DNA of 64,000 nt from Flavobacteriaceae bacterium (GTDB taxonomy: Bacteria; Bacteroidota; Bacteroidia; Flavobacteriales; Flavobacteriaceae): the NCBI GenBank assembly GCA_965655885.1, contig CBFHIG010000001.1:31552-95551 (forward strand). The letters run 5' to 3'. Position 1 is the stretch's first letter. Each line of letters begins with the position of its first letter. The translations under genes and the position numbers were made by a program. The notes under the pieces were generated by a model that saw only the letters and a program-made list of their open reading frames with translations, did no database searches and was not told the origin of the DNA. Positions 30,978 to 42,300 of this stretch are shown piece after piece.

Positions 30978-31073
30978 TTTGGATTGCAGTAAAGAAATTG
31001 AATAACACTAAAATAATACTTGTCACACTTAGCGCCTAAATTTTGTTAAGTGTTTTAAATAAGAAATATAACT

Positions 31074-33617
31074 ATGGATGATAATTTTTCACCGAGAGTA
31101 AAAGATGTGATTGCCTTCAGTAAAGAGGAAGCTTTACGTTTAGGACATGAATTTATTGGTACCGAACACTTAATGTTGGGATTGCTTCGTGATGGAAACG
31201 GCAAAGCAGTTTCGATTTTAAATACTTTAGATATCGATTTGAATCATTTGCGAAGAAAAGTTGAGATATTAAGTCCTGCAAATCCGCACACGGAATCCAA
31301 CAGCAATGATAAAAAAAATCTACATTTAACAAGACAAGCAGAAAGAGCTTTAAAAACAACTTTTCTAGAAGCTAAACTTTTTCAAAGCACTTCTATAAAT
31401 ACCGCTCATTTATTACTTTGCATATTAAGAAATGAAAATGATCCAACGACCAAACTATTAAATAAAATGAGAATTGAATATGATGGTGTCAAAGATCAAT
31501 TTAAATCCTTAATCTCAAATGATGAAGATTTCCAAGACACTCCTACTTCAGATGCATTTCCAAATGAAGATTTACCAGCTGATCAGACAGGAAAAGAAAA
31601 TCTGTTTACTGGAAGTTCAACTAAAACTAATAAAAAATCTAAGACACCTGTTTTAGACAACTTTGGACGTGACTTGACCTATTTAGCCACCGAAGGTAAG
31701 TTAGACCCTGTAGTGGGTAGAGAAGGAGAAATACAACGTGTTTCTCAGATATTAAGTAGAAGAAAAAAGAACAATCCCCTATTAATCGGTGAACCTGGAG
31801 TTGGTAAATCTGCCATTGTTGAAGGTTTGGCTTTAAGAATAGTCCAAAGGAAAGTTTCGAGAATTCTTTTTGATAAAAGAGTGGTTACGCTAGATTTAGC
31901 CAGCCTAGTTGCTGGCACAAAATACCGTGGACAATTTGAAGAACGTATGAAAGCGGTAATGAATGAAATTGAAAAAAATGATGATATCATCTTATTCATT
32001 GACGAAATTCATACCATCGTTGGGGCTGGTGGAGCTACAGGTTCCTTAGATGCATCTAACATGTTTAAGCCTGCTTTAGCAAGAGGTGAGCTACAATGTA
32101 TTGGAGCAACAACACTTGATGAATACAGACAATATATTGAAAAAGATGGTGCTTTAGAACGTAGGTTTCAAAAAGTAATAGTAGAACCCACCTCCGTTGA
32201 AGAATCAATTGAGATTCTGCAAAACATTAAAGACAAATATGAAATTCATCATCATGTAACTTATACTGATGAGGCGATTCTTGCTTGTGTAAAATTAACC
32301 AACCGTTACATGACAGAACGCTTTTTACCAGACAAAGCTATAGATGCTCTTGATGAAGCTGGATCTAGAGTACATATTACAAATATTCATGTTCCAGAAA
32401 AAATATTACAAATTGAGAAACAATTAGAAGAGGTTCGAGATTTAAAAAACTCGGTAGTCAAGAAACAAAAATATGAAGAGGCTGCTAAACTGAGAGATGA
32501 TGAAAAAAATCTTGAAAAAGAACTTTCCTCTGAACAAGAAGCTTGGGAAAAAGAATCACAACTGCACAGAGAAATTGTTTCTGAAGCTAATGTAGCTGAA
32601 GTTATTTCAATGATGACAGGAGTACCCGTCAACAGGATTGCTCAAACAGAAAGCACAAAGCTTGCTGCTTTACCCGAAAGAATCAAAGGAAAAGTAATAG
32701 GTCAGGATGACGCTGTTCAAAAGATAACAAAAGCGATACAACGAAACAGAGCAGGATTAAAAGATCCCAACAAACCGATTGGTTCATTTATATTTTTAGG
32801 TCAGACAGGGGTAGGAAAAACACAATTAGCTAAAGTATTGGCACAAGAGCTTTTTGATTCTGATAACGCTTTGATTAGAATCGATATGAGTGAATATATG
32901 GAAAAATTTGCCATATCTAGACTAGTTGGTGCCCCTCCAGGATATGTAGGATATGAAGAAGGTGGTCAATTAACTGAAAAAGTAAGAAGAAAGCCCTATT
33001 CCATCGTTTTACTTGATGAAATAGAAAAGGCTCACCCAGATGTTTTTAATATGATGCTTCAAGTTTTAGATGATGGGTTTTTAACTGATAGTTTAGGTCG
33101 TAAAATTGATTTTAGAAACACCATTATTATCATGACCTCTAATATAGGTTCCCGACAATTAAAAGATTTTGGTCAAGGTGTTGGTTTTGGAACTTCAGCT
33201 AAAACGAATCAAGCAGATACTTATGCAAAAGGAGTTATTGAAAATGCGCTAAAGAAAACATTTGCTCCAGAATTTTTAAATCGAATAGACGATGTTGTTG
33301 TTTTCAACGCGCTATCAAGAGAAGATATTCATAAAATTATCGATATTGAATTAGGTAAATTATATGCTAGAATTGACGGATTAGGCTACCAATTAAAACT
33401 TTCTAAAAATGCTAAAGATTTTATAGCAGACAAAGGATTTGATAAACAATACGGAGCTAGACCCCTTAAAAGAGCTATTCAAAAATATATTGAAGACGCC
33501 TTAGCAGAAGAGATTATTAATACGAAGCTAAAAGAGGGAGACAGTATTAAAATGGATTTGAATAAAAAAACCAACGAAATTGTTATAAAAATAACTGAGA
33601 AAAAGGAATCTAAATAG
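31074..33617 (+). CDS. clpC: ATP-dependent Clp protease ATP-binding subunit ClpC
   Basis: Clp N repeats, two AAA+ domains ([16 protein letters not shown]), UVR motif [12 protein letters not shown] loop. Confidence 0.95.
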   Translation: MDDNFSPRVKDVIAFSKEEALRLGHEFIGTEHLMLGLLRDGNGKAVSILNTLDIDLNHLRRKVEILSPANPHTESNSNDKKNLHLTRQAERALKTTFLEAKLFQSTSINTAHLLLCILRNENDPTTKLLNKMRIEYDGVKDQFKSLISNDEDFQDTPTSDAFPNEDLPADQTGKENLFTGSSTKTNKKSKTPVLDNFGRDLTYLATEGKLDPVVGREGEIQRVSQILSRRKKNNPLLIGEPGVGKSAIVEGLALRIVQRKVSRILFDKRVVTLDLASLVAGTKYRGQFEERMKAVMNEIEKNDDIILFIDEIHTIVGAGGATGSLDASNMFKPALARGELQCIGATTLDEYRQYIEKDGALERRFQKVIVEPTSVEESIEILQNIKDKYEIHHHVTYTDEAILACVKLTNRYMTERFLPDKAIDALDEAGSRVHITNIHVPEKILQIEKQLEEVRDLKNSVVKKQKYEEAAKLRDDEKNLEKELSSEQEAWEKESQLHREIVSEANVAEVISMMTGVPVNRIAQTESTKLAALPERIKGKVIGQDDAVQKITKAIQRNRAGLKDPNKPIGSFIFLGQTGVGKTQLAKVLAQELFDSDNALIRIDMSEYMEKFAISRLVGAPPGYVGYEEGGQLTEKVRRKPYSIVLLDEIEKAHPDVFNMMLQVLDDGFLTDSLGRKIDFRNTIIIMTSNIGSRQLKDFGQGVGFGTSAKTNQADTYAKGVIENALKKTFAPEFLNRIDDVVVFNALSREDIHKIIDIELGKLYARIDGLGYQLKLSKNAKDFIADKGFDKQYGARPLKRAIQKYIEDALAEEIINTKLKEGDSIKMDLNKKTNEIVIKITEKKESK

Positions 33618-33625
33618 TAGCGAAA

Positions 33626-35134
33626 CTAAAACAAAATTTTATGATCTATATGCAGAGAATCAAAAAATAAAATTGTTTTTTCGATGTCCTTTGCCAATAC
33701 ACGATCATTTTCAACCAGAGGAACTTCGTTACGGTAACTCTTAATAAAATTTTCTATTGGACTTGACGATTTTAAAGGGCTTCGAAACGACAAAGCCTGT
33801 GAAGCATTCATTAATTCTATAGCCAAAATTCGTTCGAGATTATTGACAATCTGTAAACATTTAGTAGCAGCGTTCGCACCCATACTCACATGATCTTCTT
33901 GTCCATTTGACGAGACAATAGAATCTATAGAAGCGGGAGTTGCAAGCTGTTTGTTTTGACTAACTATACTTGCTGCAGTGTATTGAGGAATCATGAAACC
34001 ACTATTAATTCCTGGTTTTTTTACTAGAAAGGAAGGAAGATCTCTTAATCCAGCTATTAATTGATACGTCCGTCTTTCCGATATATTTCCTAATTCAGCC
34101 AATGCTATGCCCAAATAATCAAGAGCCATTGCTAGGGGTTGTCCGTGGAAATTCCCTCCTGATATAATCTTATCCTCTTCCATAAAAATATTAGGATTGT
34201 CAGTCACTGAATTAATTTCAGTTTTAAAAGTTTTTGTTGCAAATGCAATAGTATCTTTTGATGCTCCATGCACTTGAGGAATACAACGAAAAGAATATGG
34301 ATCTTGGATATTTTTATTTTTTTGATATCCTATTTCGCTACCCTCTAATAAATCTAAAACTCGTTCAGCAGTAATTACTTGACCTCTATGAGGTCGAACT
34401 AAATGTACAAGCGGATCGAAAGGACTCATATTACAATTAAAAGCATCGATTGAAACACAAGAAATTAAATCTGATAAATAGGAAAGTTTATGACTTTTTA
34501 ATAATGAGTAAATTCCATAAGCGCTCATAAATTGAGTACCGTTTAATAAGGCAAGCCCTTCCTTTGCTTCTAGATTAATTGGTTCAAAGTCAAGTTTTTT
34601 TAAAATTTCTTTAGAGGGGCAAATTTCATTTTGATAGTACACCTCTCCTTTTCCAATTAAGGGTAAAGCCATATGAGCAAGTGGGGCTAAATCGCCCGAG
34701 GCTCCGAGACTACCTAATTCATAAATAAGTGGAACGATATCTAAATTATAAAAATCGATTAAGCGTTGTACTGTCTTTAACTGAACTCCACTGTAACCAT
34801 AACTTAAAGATTGTACTTTAAGTAATAACATTAATTTGACAATTTCTTTGGGCACTAAATTACCAGTCCCGCAGGCATGAGACATTACAATATTTTCTTG
34901 GAGCTTAGCTATTTCATCGGATGCTATTTTTACATTGTAAAGTGAACCAAAACCAGTATTAATACCATATATAGGTTGGCTATTATTTAATATTTTTTTT
35001 TCTAAATATTTTTTTGATTTTTCAATATTTAAAACTACTTCTTTTGATAATTCAAGGACTTTATGCTCTTCGATTATCGATTTAATTGTAGCTAGATCAA
35101 GTAACTCAGCACTTATATAATGAACATTTGGCAT
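33626..35134 (-). CDS. hutH: Histidine ammonia-lyase
   Basis: YGINTGFG, MIO motif GASGDLAPL, QDPYSFRC and GGNFHG. Confidence 0.96.
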   Translation of the reverse strand: MPNVHYISAELLDLATIKSIIEEHKVLELSKEVVLNIEKSKKYLEKKILNNSQPIYGINTGFGSLYNVKIASDEIAKLQENIVMSHACGTGNLVPKEIVKLMLLLKVQSLSYGYSGVQLKTVQRLIDFYNLDIVPLIYELGSLGASGDLAPLAHMALPLIGKGEVYYQNEICPSKEILKKLDFEPINLEAKEGLALLNGTQFMSAYGIYSLLKSHKLSYLSDLISCVSIDAFNCNMSPFDPLVHLVRPHRGQVITAERVLDLLEGSEIGYQKNKNIQDPYSFRCIPQVHGASKDTIAFATKTFKTEINSVTDNPNIFMEEDKIISGGNFHGQPLAMALDYLGIALAELGNISERRTYQLIAGLRDLPSFLVKKPGINSGFMIPQYTAASIVSQNKQLATPASIDSIVSSNGQEDHVSMGANAATKCLQIVNNLERILAIELMNASQALSFRSPLKSSSPIENFIKSYRNEVPLVENDRVLAKDIEKTILFFDSLHIDHKILF

Positions 35135-35247
35135 AGATTTAAATCAAAATTAAAAAACAAAAGTACTAATTCCTTGTTAAGAAAATGAGAATTTTTAAAA
35201 CAGTATAAATATTATAGTACTTTTGCAAAATTAAATAATTAAATATT

Positions 35248-36612
35248 ATGAGAAATATATTGCTGTTACTATTTGTTATTACTTTTATATCATGTGAAAA
35301 CGATGATAAAATTTCCTTTATTATTATAAATGGTGAGTTAATAAATAACAATTCAAATACAGTAAATATTTCTGGTAATGGTTTTGAAAAGGAAATTTTT
35401 ATTTCAGAAGATGGAAGTTTTTCTGACACCTTATTTCTTAAGAAAAATGACTATTATTTGTTGAGAATAGGTAGAGAAAGCACGCCTGTATATTTAAAAC
35501 AAGGGGCCACATTGACATTAATGCTAGACATTGAACAATTTGATGAAAGTTTAACTTACTCAGGAACTATAGCTCCTGAAAACAATTATTTAGCAAAAAA
35601 ATACTTAGTTTCTGAACAGGAGATGGCTTTTGATAAAGTATATATGTTATCGCAAGAGAAATTTATACTTGAAGTAAATAAAATTAACAAAAACTACATT
35701 GACTTGTTGAATGCTAGCCAAGGCATTTCTGAGGAGTTTAAACAGAAAGAGCAAAAGGAACTTAAATATGCTCACATCAATAATATCGAAAATTATGAAC
35801 AATATTATCAATACTTAACTAAGGATTTAGATTTTAAAGCAGAAGAAACACTTTACAGAGACTATAAAGATTTTAATTTTAATGATACAGAAGCCTACGA
35901 ATCTTCTAATGCCTACAAAAGATTGTTAGAAACTCATTATCAAAGAATTGCTCAAAATGAAGCTATTAACAATGGAAAAGATCTTACGCTTACTTTTCTT
36001 GAAACTATCAACAACAATTTCTCAGATGGATCAGTAAAAGAACAACTAATGTTCAACTATTTGCGTTATGGAATGAAAGCTAATGAAGCTCTAGAAAGTG
36101 TTTATAAGCTATATAAATCCTCTAATCAAAATTCTGACAATTTATCTAAGGTAACCAGTTCTTATAAGGTCTTGTCTAACCTAATACCCGGTAAAGCTTC
36201 TCCTAAATTTATTTATGAAAATTATATTGGCGGTATGACTAATTTGGAAGATTTGGCAGGTAAAATAGTCTATATTGATGTCTGGGCTACCTGGTGTGGC
36301 CCCTGCTTAAGAGAAATACCAGCTCTAAAAAGTTTAGAAAACGATTATCATAACAAAAATATAGCTTTTGTTAGTTTATCAATTGACGAAAAAAAAGACT
36401 ATCAAAAATGGAGAACTATGGTTGCCGATAAAGAATTGACCGGTATTCAACTTATGGCAGACAATAACTGGAAATCTAGTTTTGTAACTTCTTATGGTAT
36501 CAAAGGAATTCCAAGATTTATATTGATAGATGAGGCAGGTAATATTATAAATTCCGACGCTCCAAGACCATCGAATCCAGAAATACGTGGTGTTCTAGAT
36601 GAGTTACTTTAA
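35248..36612 (+). CDS. TlpA-family thiol:disulfide oxidoreductase lipoprotein
   Basis: Lipobox FIS-C; C-terminal WATWCGPC and GIPRF. Confidence 0.92.
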   Translation: MRNILLLLFVITFISCENDDKISFIIINGELINNNSNTVNISGNGFEKEIFISEDGSFSDTLFLKKNDYYLLRIGRESTPVYLKQGATLTLMLDIEQFDESLTYSGTIAPENNYLAKKYLVSEQEMAFDKVYMLSQEKFILEVNKINKNYIDLLNASQGISEEFKQKEQKELKYAHINNIENYEQYYQYLTKDLDFKAEETLYRDYKDFNFNDTEAYESSNAYKRLLETHYQRIAQNEAINNGKDLTLTFLETINNNFSDGSVKEQLMFNYLRYGMKANEALESVYKLYKSSNQNSDNLSKVTSSYKVLSNLIPGKASPKFIYENYIGGMTNLEDLAGKIVYIDVWATWCGPCLREIPALKSLENDYHNKNIAFVSLSIDEKKDYQKWRTMVADKELTGIQLMADNNWKSSFVTSYGIKGIPRFILIDEAGNIINSDAPRPSNPEIRGVLDELL

Positions 36613-36616
36613 TCAT

Positions 36617-37654
36617 TTACTTTGCTAATTCCTTTAGTTTTTTATTCATTATAAAAAACCAAAGTGGTTGTAATAATGCAATTATCATCATTCCAGGGTA
36701 GCCTGTAGGCATTTGAGGACTGGATTCTATCGATTTAAGTAATTGATATTTTTTACTCCCATTATAGTGATGATCAGCATGACGTGATAAGTTAAACATC
36801 ATACTTCTTCCAATAATATGATCCGAATTCCAGGAATGATAATGTTTAACCTTTTCATATCTACCATGCTCATTTTTAGTTCTTAAGAGTCCGTAATGCT
36901 CAATATAATTAACGGTTTCTAAAAGCAATATTCCTATTAAGGCTACTAACAAATACGATAACAGGACCTTGAAACCAAAAATAAAATAAATAGATGCTAT
37001 AAGTATAACATTCAAAATTGTGTAAAAAACCATCCTATTCTTTATAGAAAAAAGGAAATTATTAGTCGTTCGCATTCTTCTAATTTCTATTTTCCACGCC
37101 TCAATATAACTCCCAAAATGAGAACGAATCCAAAAGATAAATAGTAGTTCATTTTTTCTAGCTGTGGCAGCATCCTCTGGAGTGGCAACATTTAAATGAT
37201 GTCCAGCATTATGATATGGTAAAAAATGGGTATTTAAAGAAGTTAATAGTAATAATTCGCCGAGATATTTTAAGCCGGTATTATTTCTGTGACCTAGTTC
37301 GTGACCAAGGTTGATTCCCGTGACTCCCAGCAAAATTCCAATACTTGATATTCTACCATAATACTCTATAGAACCTACTTCTGTACTATCAATAACAAAA
37401 AAGAATTTAATTAATAGAAACACGTGCAATGGAATAATTAAATAAATAATCCATTCGTAAAATGGATCCTGTTTCACCTGAGACTCAAGGTCTTTAACAA
37501 TATTTGTAGCATCAGGTTGAAAGAAAAGTTCAATAAGTGGAACGAGACCAAAATAAATTAAAATTGGCAATAAAGTACTCCAACCATTGCTAATTAAAGA
37601 AATATAAACAAATAGCGGGAGGCTGTAAATAAATAAAAAATAATGTTTTTTCAT
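36617..37654 (-). CDS. alkB: Alkane 1-monooxygenase (AlkB family)
   Basis: His boxes HELGH, HNAGHH, NYIEHYG and LSRHADHH; multi-TM. Confidence 0.9.
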   Translation of the reverse strand: MKKHYFLFIYSLPLFVYISLISNGWSTLLPILIYFGLVPLIELFFQPDATNIVKDLESQVKQDPFYEWIIYLIIPLHVFLLIKFFFVIDSTEVGSIEYYGRISSIGILLGVTGINLGHELGHRNNTGLKYLGELLLLTSLNTHFLPYHNAGHHLNVATPEDAATARKNELLFIFWIRSHFGSYIEAWKIEIRRMRTTNNFLFSIKNRMVFYTILNVILIASIYFIFGFKVLLSYLLVALIGILLLETVNYIEHYGLLRTKNEHGRYEKVKHYHSWNSDHIIGRSMMFNLSRHADHHYNGSKKYQLLKSIESSPQMPTGYPGMMIIALLQPLWFFIMNKKLKELAK

Positions 37655-37819
37655 GAATACTAGTTACAATGAAAATATACTATTGTCAGAGTACTAATAT
37701 ACTAAAATTAAGTGTTTTATTTTAACGTGACCCTACCACCAATAACAAAACAAAATAATATATTTGTGATCTTAAAAATTGGAATTCTTTAAAAACTCTG
37801 TTTTAACAGTAAACTAAAT

Positions 37820-38908
37820 ATGATAAAAGAAATAGCATTATCTGAAATACATAAAGGGCTTGGAGCTAAAATGGTTCCATTTGCTGGCTACAATATGCCC
37901 GTTTCTTATGAAGGTGTGAATATCGAACATGAAACTGTTCGTAATAATGTCGGAGTTTTCGATGTATCGCACATGGGTGAATTTTTAGTTTTAGGCCCCA
38001 ATGCACTTGAGTTAATTCAAAAAGTAACAAGTAATGATGCCTCTAAAATAGTTGACAACCAAGCTCAATACAGTTGTTTTCCAAATACTACTGGTGGTAT
38101 TGTAGATGATTTAATCGTTTACCGAATTAATAATGAAAAATGGCTTTTAGTAGTCAATGCTTCCAATATTGAAAAAGATTGGAACTGGATTAACAGTCAT
38201 AATAGTGTTGGTGCAGAACTTATAAATGTTTCAGAGGATTACTCCTTATTTGCAATTCAAGGGCCAAAAGCTGTTCAAGCGATGCAATCTCTTACTTCGA
38301 TTGATCTAAATAATATAAAATTTTATCATTTTCAAATTGCTGATTTTGCAGGTGTAAAAAATATTATCATTAGTGCTACTGGTTATACTGGTAGTGGAGG
38401 ATTTGAAATTTATTGTAAAAACAACGAAGCTGAACAAATTTGGAAAGAAATTTTTAATGCTGGTAATAATTTTAATATTAAACCGATTGGATTGGCTGCA
38501 AGAGACACCTTAAGACTTGAAATGGGATATTGTCTTTACGGTAATGACATTAACGATACTACATCGCCTATTGAAGCTGGTTTAGGCTGGATAACTAAAT
38601 TCACTAAAAATTTTATTAATTCTGATAATTTATTAAAGCAAAAAGAACTAGGAACTCAACGAAGGTTAGTAGCGTTTGAATTGGATGAAAGAGGAATTCC
38701 ACGACAAGGTTATGATATTTTAAATAATCAGGGAGATAAAATTGGTAAAGTAACTAGTGGAACCATGTCGCCTACATTAGCTAAAGGAATTGGAATGGGT
38801 TATATTCCAACTAATTTAAAATCTGTTGGCACGAAACTTTACATTCAAATACGTAAAAAAATAATTCCAGCAACAATAGTTAAGTTACCTTTTTACAAAG
38901 GTTTATAA
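37820..38908 (+). CDS. gcvT: Glycine cleavage system aminomethyltransferase T
   Basis: [18 protein letters not shown] and [11 protein letters not shown] motifs. Confidence 0.97.
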   Translation: MIKEIALSEIHKGLGAKMVPFAGYNMPVSYEGVNIEHETVRNNVGVFDVSHMGEFLVLGPNALELIQKVTSNDASKIVDNQAQYSCFPNTTGGIVDDLIVYRINNEKWLLVVNASNIEKDWNWINSHNSVGAELINVSEDYSLFAIQGPKAVQAMQSLTSIDLNNIKFYHFQIADFAGVKNIIISATGYTGSGGFEIYCKNNEAEQIWKEIFNAGNNFNIKPIGLAARDTLRLEMGYCLYGNDINDTTSPIEAGLGWITKFTKNFINSDNLLKQKELGTQRRLVAFELDERGIPRQGYDILNNQGDKIGKVTSGTMSPTLAKGIGMGYIPTNLKSVGTKLYIQIRKKIIPATIVKLPFYKGL

Positions 38909-38922
38909 AGTTTTAGACATCG

Positions 38923-39768
38923 TTGGGGAATAAAATTTTAATACTAGGAGCAAGCGGATTTATAGGTAATAAATTATACAAGGAACTTCTTCCCTACTTT
39001 GATGTATATGGAACCTTTAAATCACCAAATAAAGAATTTGAAGAAAACACTGTCATGTTTCATTTTGACATGAATAAAAACACTATTCAAACAATCTTAA
39101 CAGAGGTTCAACCAAATTTTATAATATCTACTATAAAAGGTAATTACAAATCTCAACTTAGCCTTCATCAAGAATTATTAAATTATGTACTTGCAGCTAT
39201 CGATTGCAAATTACTATACCTATCAAGTTTTAGTGTTTTTAACGCAAAAGGAAAATTTCCTAGCTACGAAGAAGATCCCCTTTCATCTAACACTATAGCA
39301 GGAAAATATAAAATAAAGCAAGAAAAGGCAATTAAGAAACTTCCCTCGTCAAAGTATGTAATTTTAAGATTACCAATGGTATTAGGAGTAAATTCCCCTA
39401 AAATAGTTCAATTAAAGGAAGCTTCTAAATACAATGCGGAATTTGAAATATTCCCTAATTTAGTTGTTAGTGCAACTACAATAAACAAAATAGCGCAACA
39501 AATTCATTACATAATCAATAAAAATTTAGAAGGTATATTTCATCTTTCCAGTAATGATATGATCCATCATTCCGAATTGTTTTATGAAATAACCGATAAG
39601 CTTGGATTAAAAAATGTGATCTTTAAAAAAATATACAGCTCCAACAAAGATAGCTATCTAGCTATACTCCCAAAACAAAATCTACTCCCAAAAAATTATC
39701 AAATAACTTTAAATGAAATTATTGATGATTGTGTATTGCAAGAAGCAATTGATTCTGTAAAAGAATAA
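38923..39768 (+). CDS. RmlD-like extended SDR / sugar-nucleotide-binding protein
   Basis: ILGASGFIG Rossmann motif; LRLP and GIFHL segments; YxxxK motif degenerate. Confidence 0.8.
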   Translation: MGNKILILGASGFIGNKLYKELLPYFDVYGTFKSPNKEFEENTVMFHFDMNKNTIQTILTEVQPNFIISTIKGNYKSQLSLHQELLNYVLAAIDCKLLYLSSFSVFNAKGKFPSYEEDPLSSNTIAGKYKIKQEKAIKKLPSSKYVILRLPMVLGVNSPKIVQLKEASKYNAEFEIFPNLVVSATTINKIAQQIHYIINKNLEGIFHLSSNDMIHHSELFYEITDKLGLKNVIFKKIYSSNKDSYLAILPKQNLLPKNYQITLNEIIDDCVLQEAIDSVKE

Positions 39769-39847
39769 TTAATAAAAAAAGAAGAATCCTACTTTCCTTG
39801 GTGTTTTGGTGCATTTTTTTATTTTTGTAGAACTTAAAAAAATAATT

Positions 39848-40561
39848 ATGGGAAGAGCGTTTGAGTTTAGAAAAGCGAGAAAAATGAAGCGTTGGTCTGC
39901 AATGTCCAAAGCCTTTACAAGAATTGGAAAAGATATTGTAATGGCCGTAAAAGAAGGTGGGCCCAATCCAGATTCTAACTCTCGTTTACGAGCCGTTATT
40001 CAAAATGCAAAAGCAGTCAACATGCCCAAAGATAATGTTGAAAGAGCCATAAAAAAAGCTACTGAAAAAGGTCAAGGAGATTTTAAGGAAGTTTTATTTG
40101 AAGGATATGCTCCACATGGAATTGCCATTCTTGTTGAGACAGCTACGGATAATAATACTAGAACGGTTGCAAATGTTAGAGCATGTTTCAGTAAGTGCGA
40201 CGGTAATATGGGAACTTCTGGATCCGTAATTTTTATGTTTGATCATACGTGTAACTTTAGAATTAATCCTAAAGAAGTTGATTTAGAAGAATTAGAATTA
40301 GAATTAATAGATTATGGTGTGGAAGAAGTTTTTGAAGATGAAGATGGAGTACTAATTTATGCACCTTTTGAAAGTTTCGGAAGTATTCAAAAAGCATTAG
40401 AAGAAAAAGAATTTGAAATTTTATCATCTGGTTTTGAACGTATCCCTCAGGTAACGAAAAAGATATCTACAGAACAAGCAGCTGATGTAGATAAACTATT
40501 AGAAAAATTGGATAATGATGATGATGTCCAAAATGTATATCATACGATGGACGAATCGTAA
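39848..40561 (+). CDS. YebC/PmpR family protein
   Basis: MGRAFEFRK start, NMPKDNVERAI, EGYAPHG and DDDVQNVYH; promoter element TATTTTTG at 39820 excludes the track's earlier start. Confidence 0.95.
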   Translation: MGRAFEFRKARKMKRWSAMSKAFTRIGKDIVMAVKEGGPNPDSNSRLRAVIQNAKAVNMPKDNVERAIKKATEKGQGDFKEVLFEGYAPHGIAILVETATDNNTRTVANVRACFSKCDGNMGTSGSVIFMFDHTCNFRINPKEVDLEELELELIDYGVEEVFEDEDGVLIYAPFESFGSIQKALEEKEFEILSSGFERIPQVTKKISTEQAADVDKLLEKLDNDDDVQNVYHTMDES

Positions 40562-40578
40562 GTTGTTTACAAAAAAAA

Positions 40579-41118
40579 TTAAGTATACTTTTTTATCTTT
40601 CCAACACTACCAACAAAAAACTTTTTTAATATTTTTAAATCTGTTTCAATGTCACCAGAAGGGTAAAAAGGTTTATCGATAGTAATTGTTTTGGTTTTGT
40701 AATCCATGGAAGTTGCAATAATCGGAACTTTTGCTTTCAACGCTATATAATAAAATCCTGTTCGCCATTTGTCAACTTTTTTTCGAGTTCCTTCAGGTGA
40801 CATTCCTAACCTAAATTCCTTTTTAGAGTCAAAAATAGAAGCTATAGCATCCACTTTATTATGATTTTTCGATCTATCCAATGGGGCTCCCCCAACCCAC
40901 TTAAAATAATAGCCAAAGGGCCAAACAAACAATTCTTTTTTGCCAACAAAATTGACCATTACACCAAGAACTTTCCTTGAAAGTATCGCTATAACAAAAT
41001 CACTCCAACTAGTGTGAGGAGCAACTATAATAACCGCCTTTTTAAGATGGTCTTGATTGAAATCTCCAGTGATTTTCCAACCCAAAATTTTGTAAAGTAT
41101 GAATTTATAAATATTCAT
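40579..41118 (-). CDS. 1-acyl-sn-glycerol-3-phosphate acyltransferase family protein
   Basis: PHTSWSD (HX4D) and PEGTR motifs; start trimmed to ATG 41118 to avoid overlap with kdnB. Confidence 0.9.
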   Translation of the reverse strand: MNIYKFILYKILGWKITGDFNQDHLKKAVIIVAPHTSWSDFVIAILSRKVLGVMVNFVGKKELFVWPFGYYFKWVGGAPLDRSKNHNKVDAIASIFDSKKEFRLGMSPEGTRKKVDKWRTGFYYIALKAKVPIIATSMDYKTKTITIDKPFYPSGDIETDLKILKKFFVGSVGKIKKYT

Positions 41119-41192
41119 TTTTTTCGATAAATTAAATGCCCAATGTAATTCAAAACTCAGGCATTTTTTATTTATATTTTTTTTATTAAAAA

Positions 41193-42287
41193 TTACATTT
41201 TTAGGTACATAGCTCTTACTTTTTCGCGCGTCATTATTTTTTTCCAATCTTTACCTAAAGCGTTTTCCCACAATGGTTCTAAACTTAAAGCTACATTGAT
41301 CATGGTTTCCATCTGCTCGTCTGAAAGATTGGAACAAATTCCTTTAGGAATATCAATTTGATGCTTTTTAACCATTTTTTTAAAGATAGCAACTCCTTCA
41401 GGATAATAATCTTCTAGGTAATTAAAAACGATACAATTTCCAATACCATGTTTAGTTCCTAAAACAAACCCTAAACCATAACTCATTGCGTGAGCTACTC
41501 CTACTTGTGAATATGCAATACTCATTCCTCCATGCCAAGAAGCCATCATCAGCTTACCATTTTTTTCTTCAACTGTTAAGTTATTATCTTCCAAATAAAC
41601 TTCTAAACACAATTCGTAAGCTTTTTCTCCATAGCTTTGGCTAAAATCGTTTAAAAAGGTTCCTTCTAGAGATTCAACACAATGTATGAAACAATCCATT
41701 CCCGTGTAAAACCATTGATTTTTTGATACTCCATCTAACAATAGTGGATCTAAAACTACTTGATCAAAGGTGGTATAATCACTATTGATTCCTAATTTTC
41801 GGACTGGACCCGACAACACACAAGTTCTGGAAACTTCAGCTCCAGTTCCAGAAATTGTCGGGATACCTACGTGGTATATTGATTTTGTTTTAATTAAATC
41901 CCATCCTTGATAATCTGCTGCACTTCCTTCATTAGTGAGCATTAATGAAACTGCTTTCGCTAAATCCATAATAGAGCCACCTCCTATTCCAATTATACCA
42001 GAAGGAAGTTCGCTAAACTCCGACAGTATATTTTTAACTAATACATCTACTTGAGTTGTTTTAGGTTCTTCTTTCGATGAGGCATAAATTAATTTATCAT
42101 TATATTTTAATTCAATCCTATCAGCTATAGATCCTGGCTGATCAAAAATATCATCTACGATGAATATAAATGGAGCTTGTTTTTTTCTTTTTAAATCTAA
42201 TATTGATGTTAATTGGTTAAAACTTCCTTTACCAAAAACTACTCTTGGCACCATTGGAAAATTCCTATATTCGTTGTTTACAGACAT
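41193..42287 (-). CDS. kdnB: Metal-dependent ADH-family Kdo 8-oxidase (KdnB-like)
   Basis: GIGGGSIMD, YQGWDL, SGTGAE, WFYTGMDCFIHCVESL and SIAYSQVG resemble Shewanella KdnB as recalled; directly downstream of kdsB. Confidence 0.78.
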   Translation of the reverse strand: MSVNNEYRNFPMVPRVVFGKGSFNQLTSILDLKRKKQAPFIFIVDDIFDQPGSIADRIELKYNDKLIYASSKEEPKTTQVDVLVKNILSEFSELPSGIIGIGGGSIMDLAKAVSLMLTNEGSAADYQGWDLIKTKSIYHVGIPTISGTGAEVSRTCVLSGPVRKLGINSDYTTFDQVVLDPLLLDGVSKNQWFYTGMDCFIHCVESLEGTFLNDFSQSYGEKAYELCLEVYLEDNNLTVEEKNGKLMMASWHGGMSIAYSQVGVAHAMSYGLGFVLGTKHGIGNCIVFNYLEDYYPEGVAIFKKMVKKHQIDIPKGICSNLSDEQMETMINVALSLEPLWENALGKDWKKIMTREKVRAMYLKM

Positions 42288-42300
42288 GAGAATGTGTTTG

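Noticed and set aside
37655-37819. Glycine riboswitch upstream of gcvT
   Set aside because: Promoter element TATATTTG at 37759 leaves only ~50 nt of leader; no aptamer motifs seen
41119-41247. Apparent overlap between acyltransferase and kdnB
   Set aside because: Artefact of longest-ORF calling; ATG 41118 gives a normal-length protein
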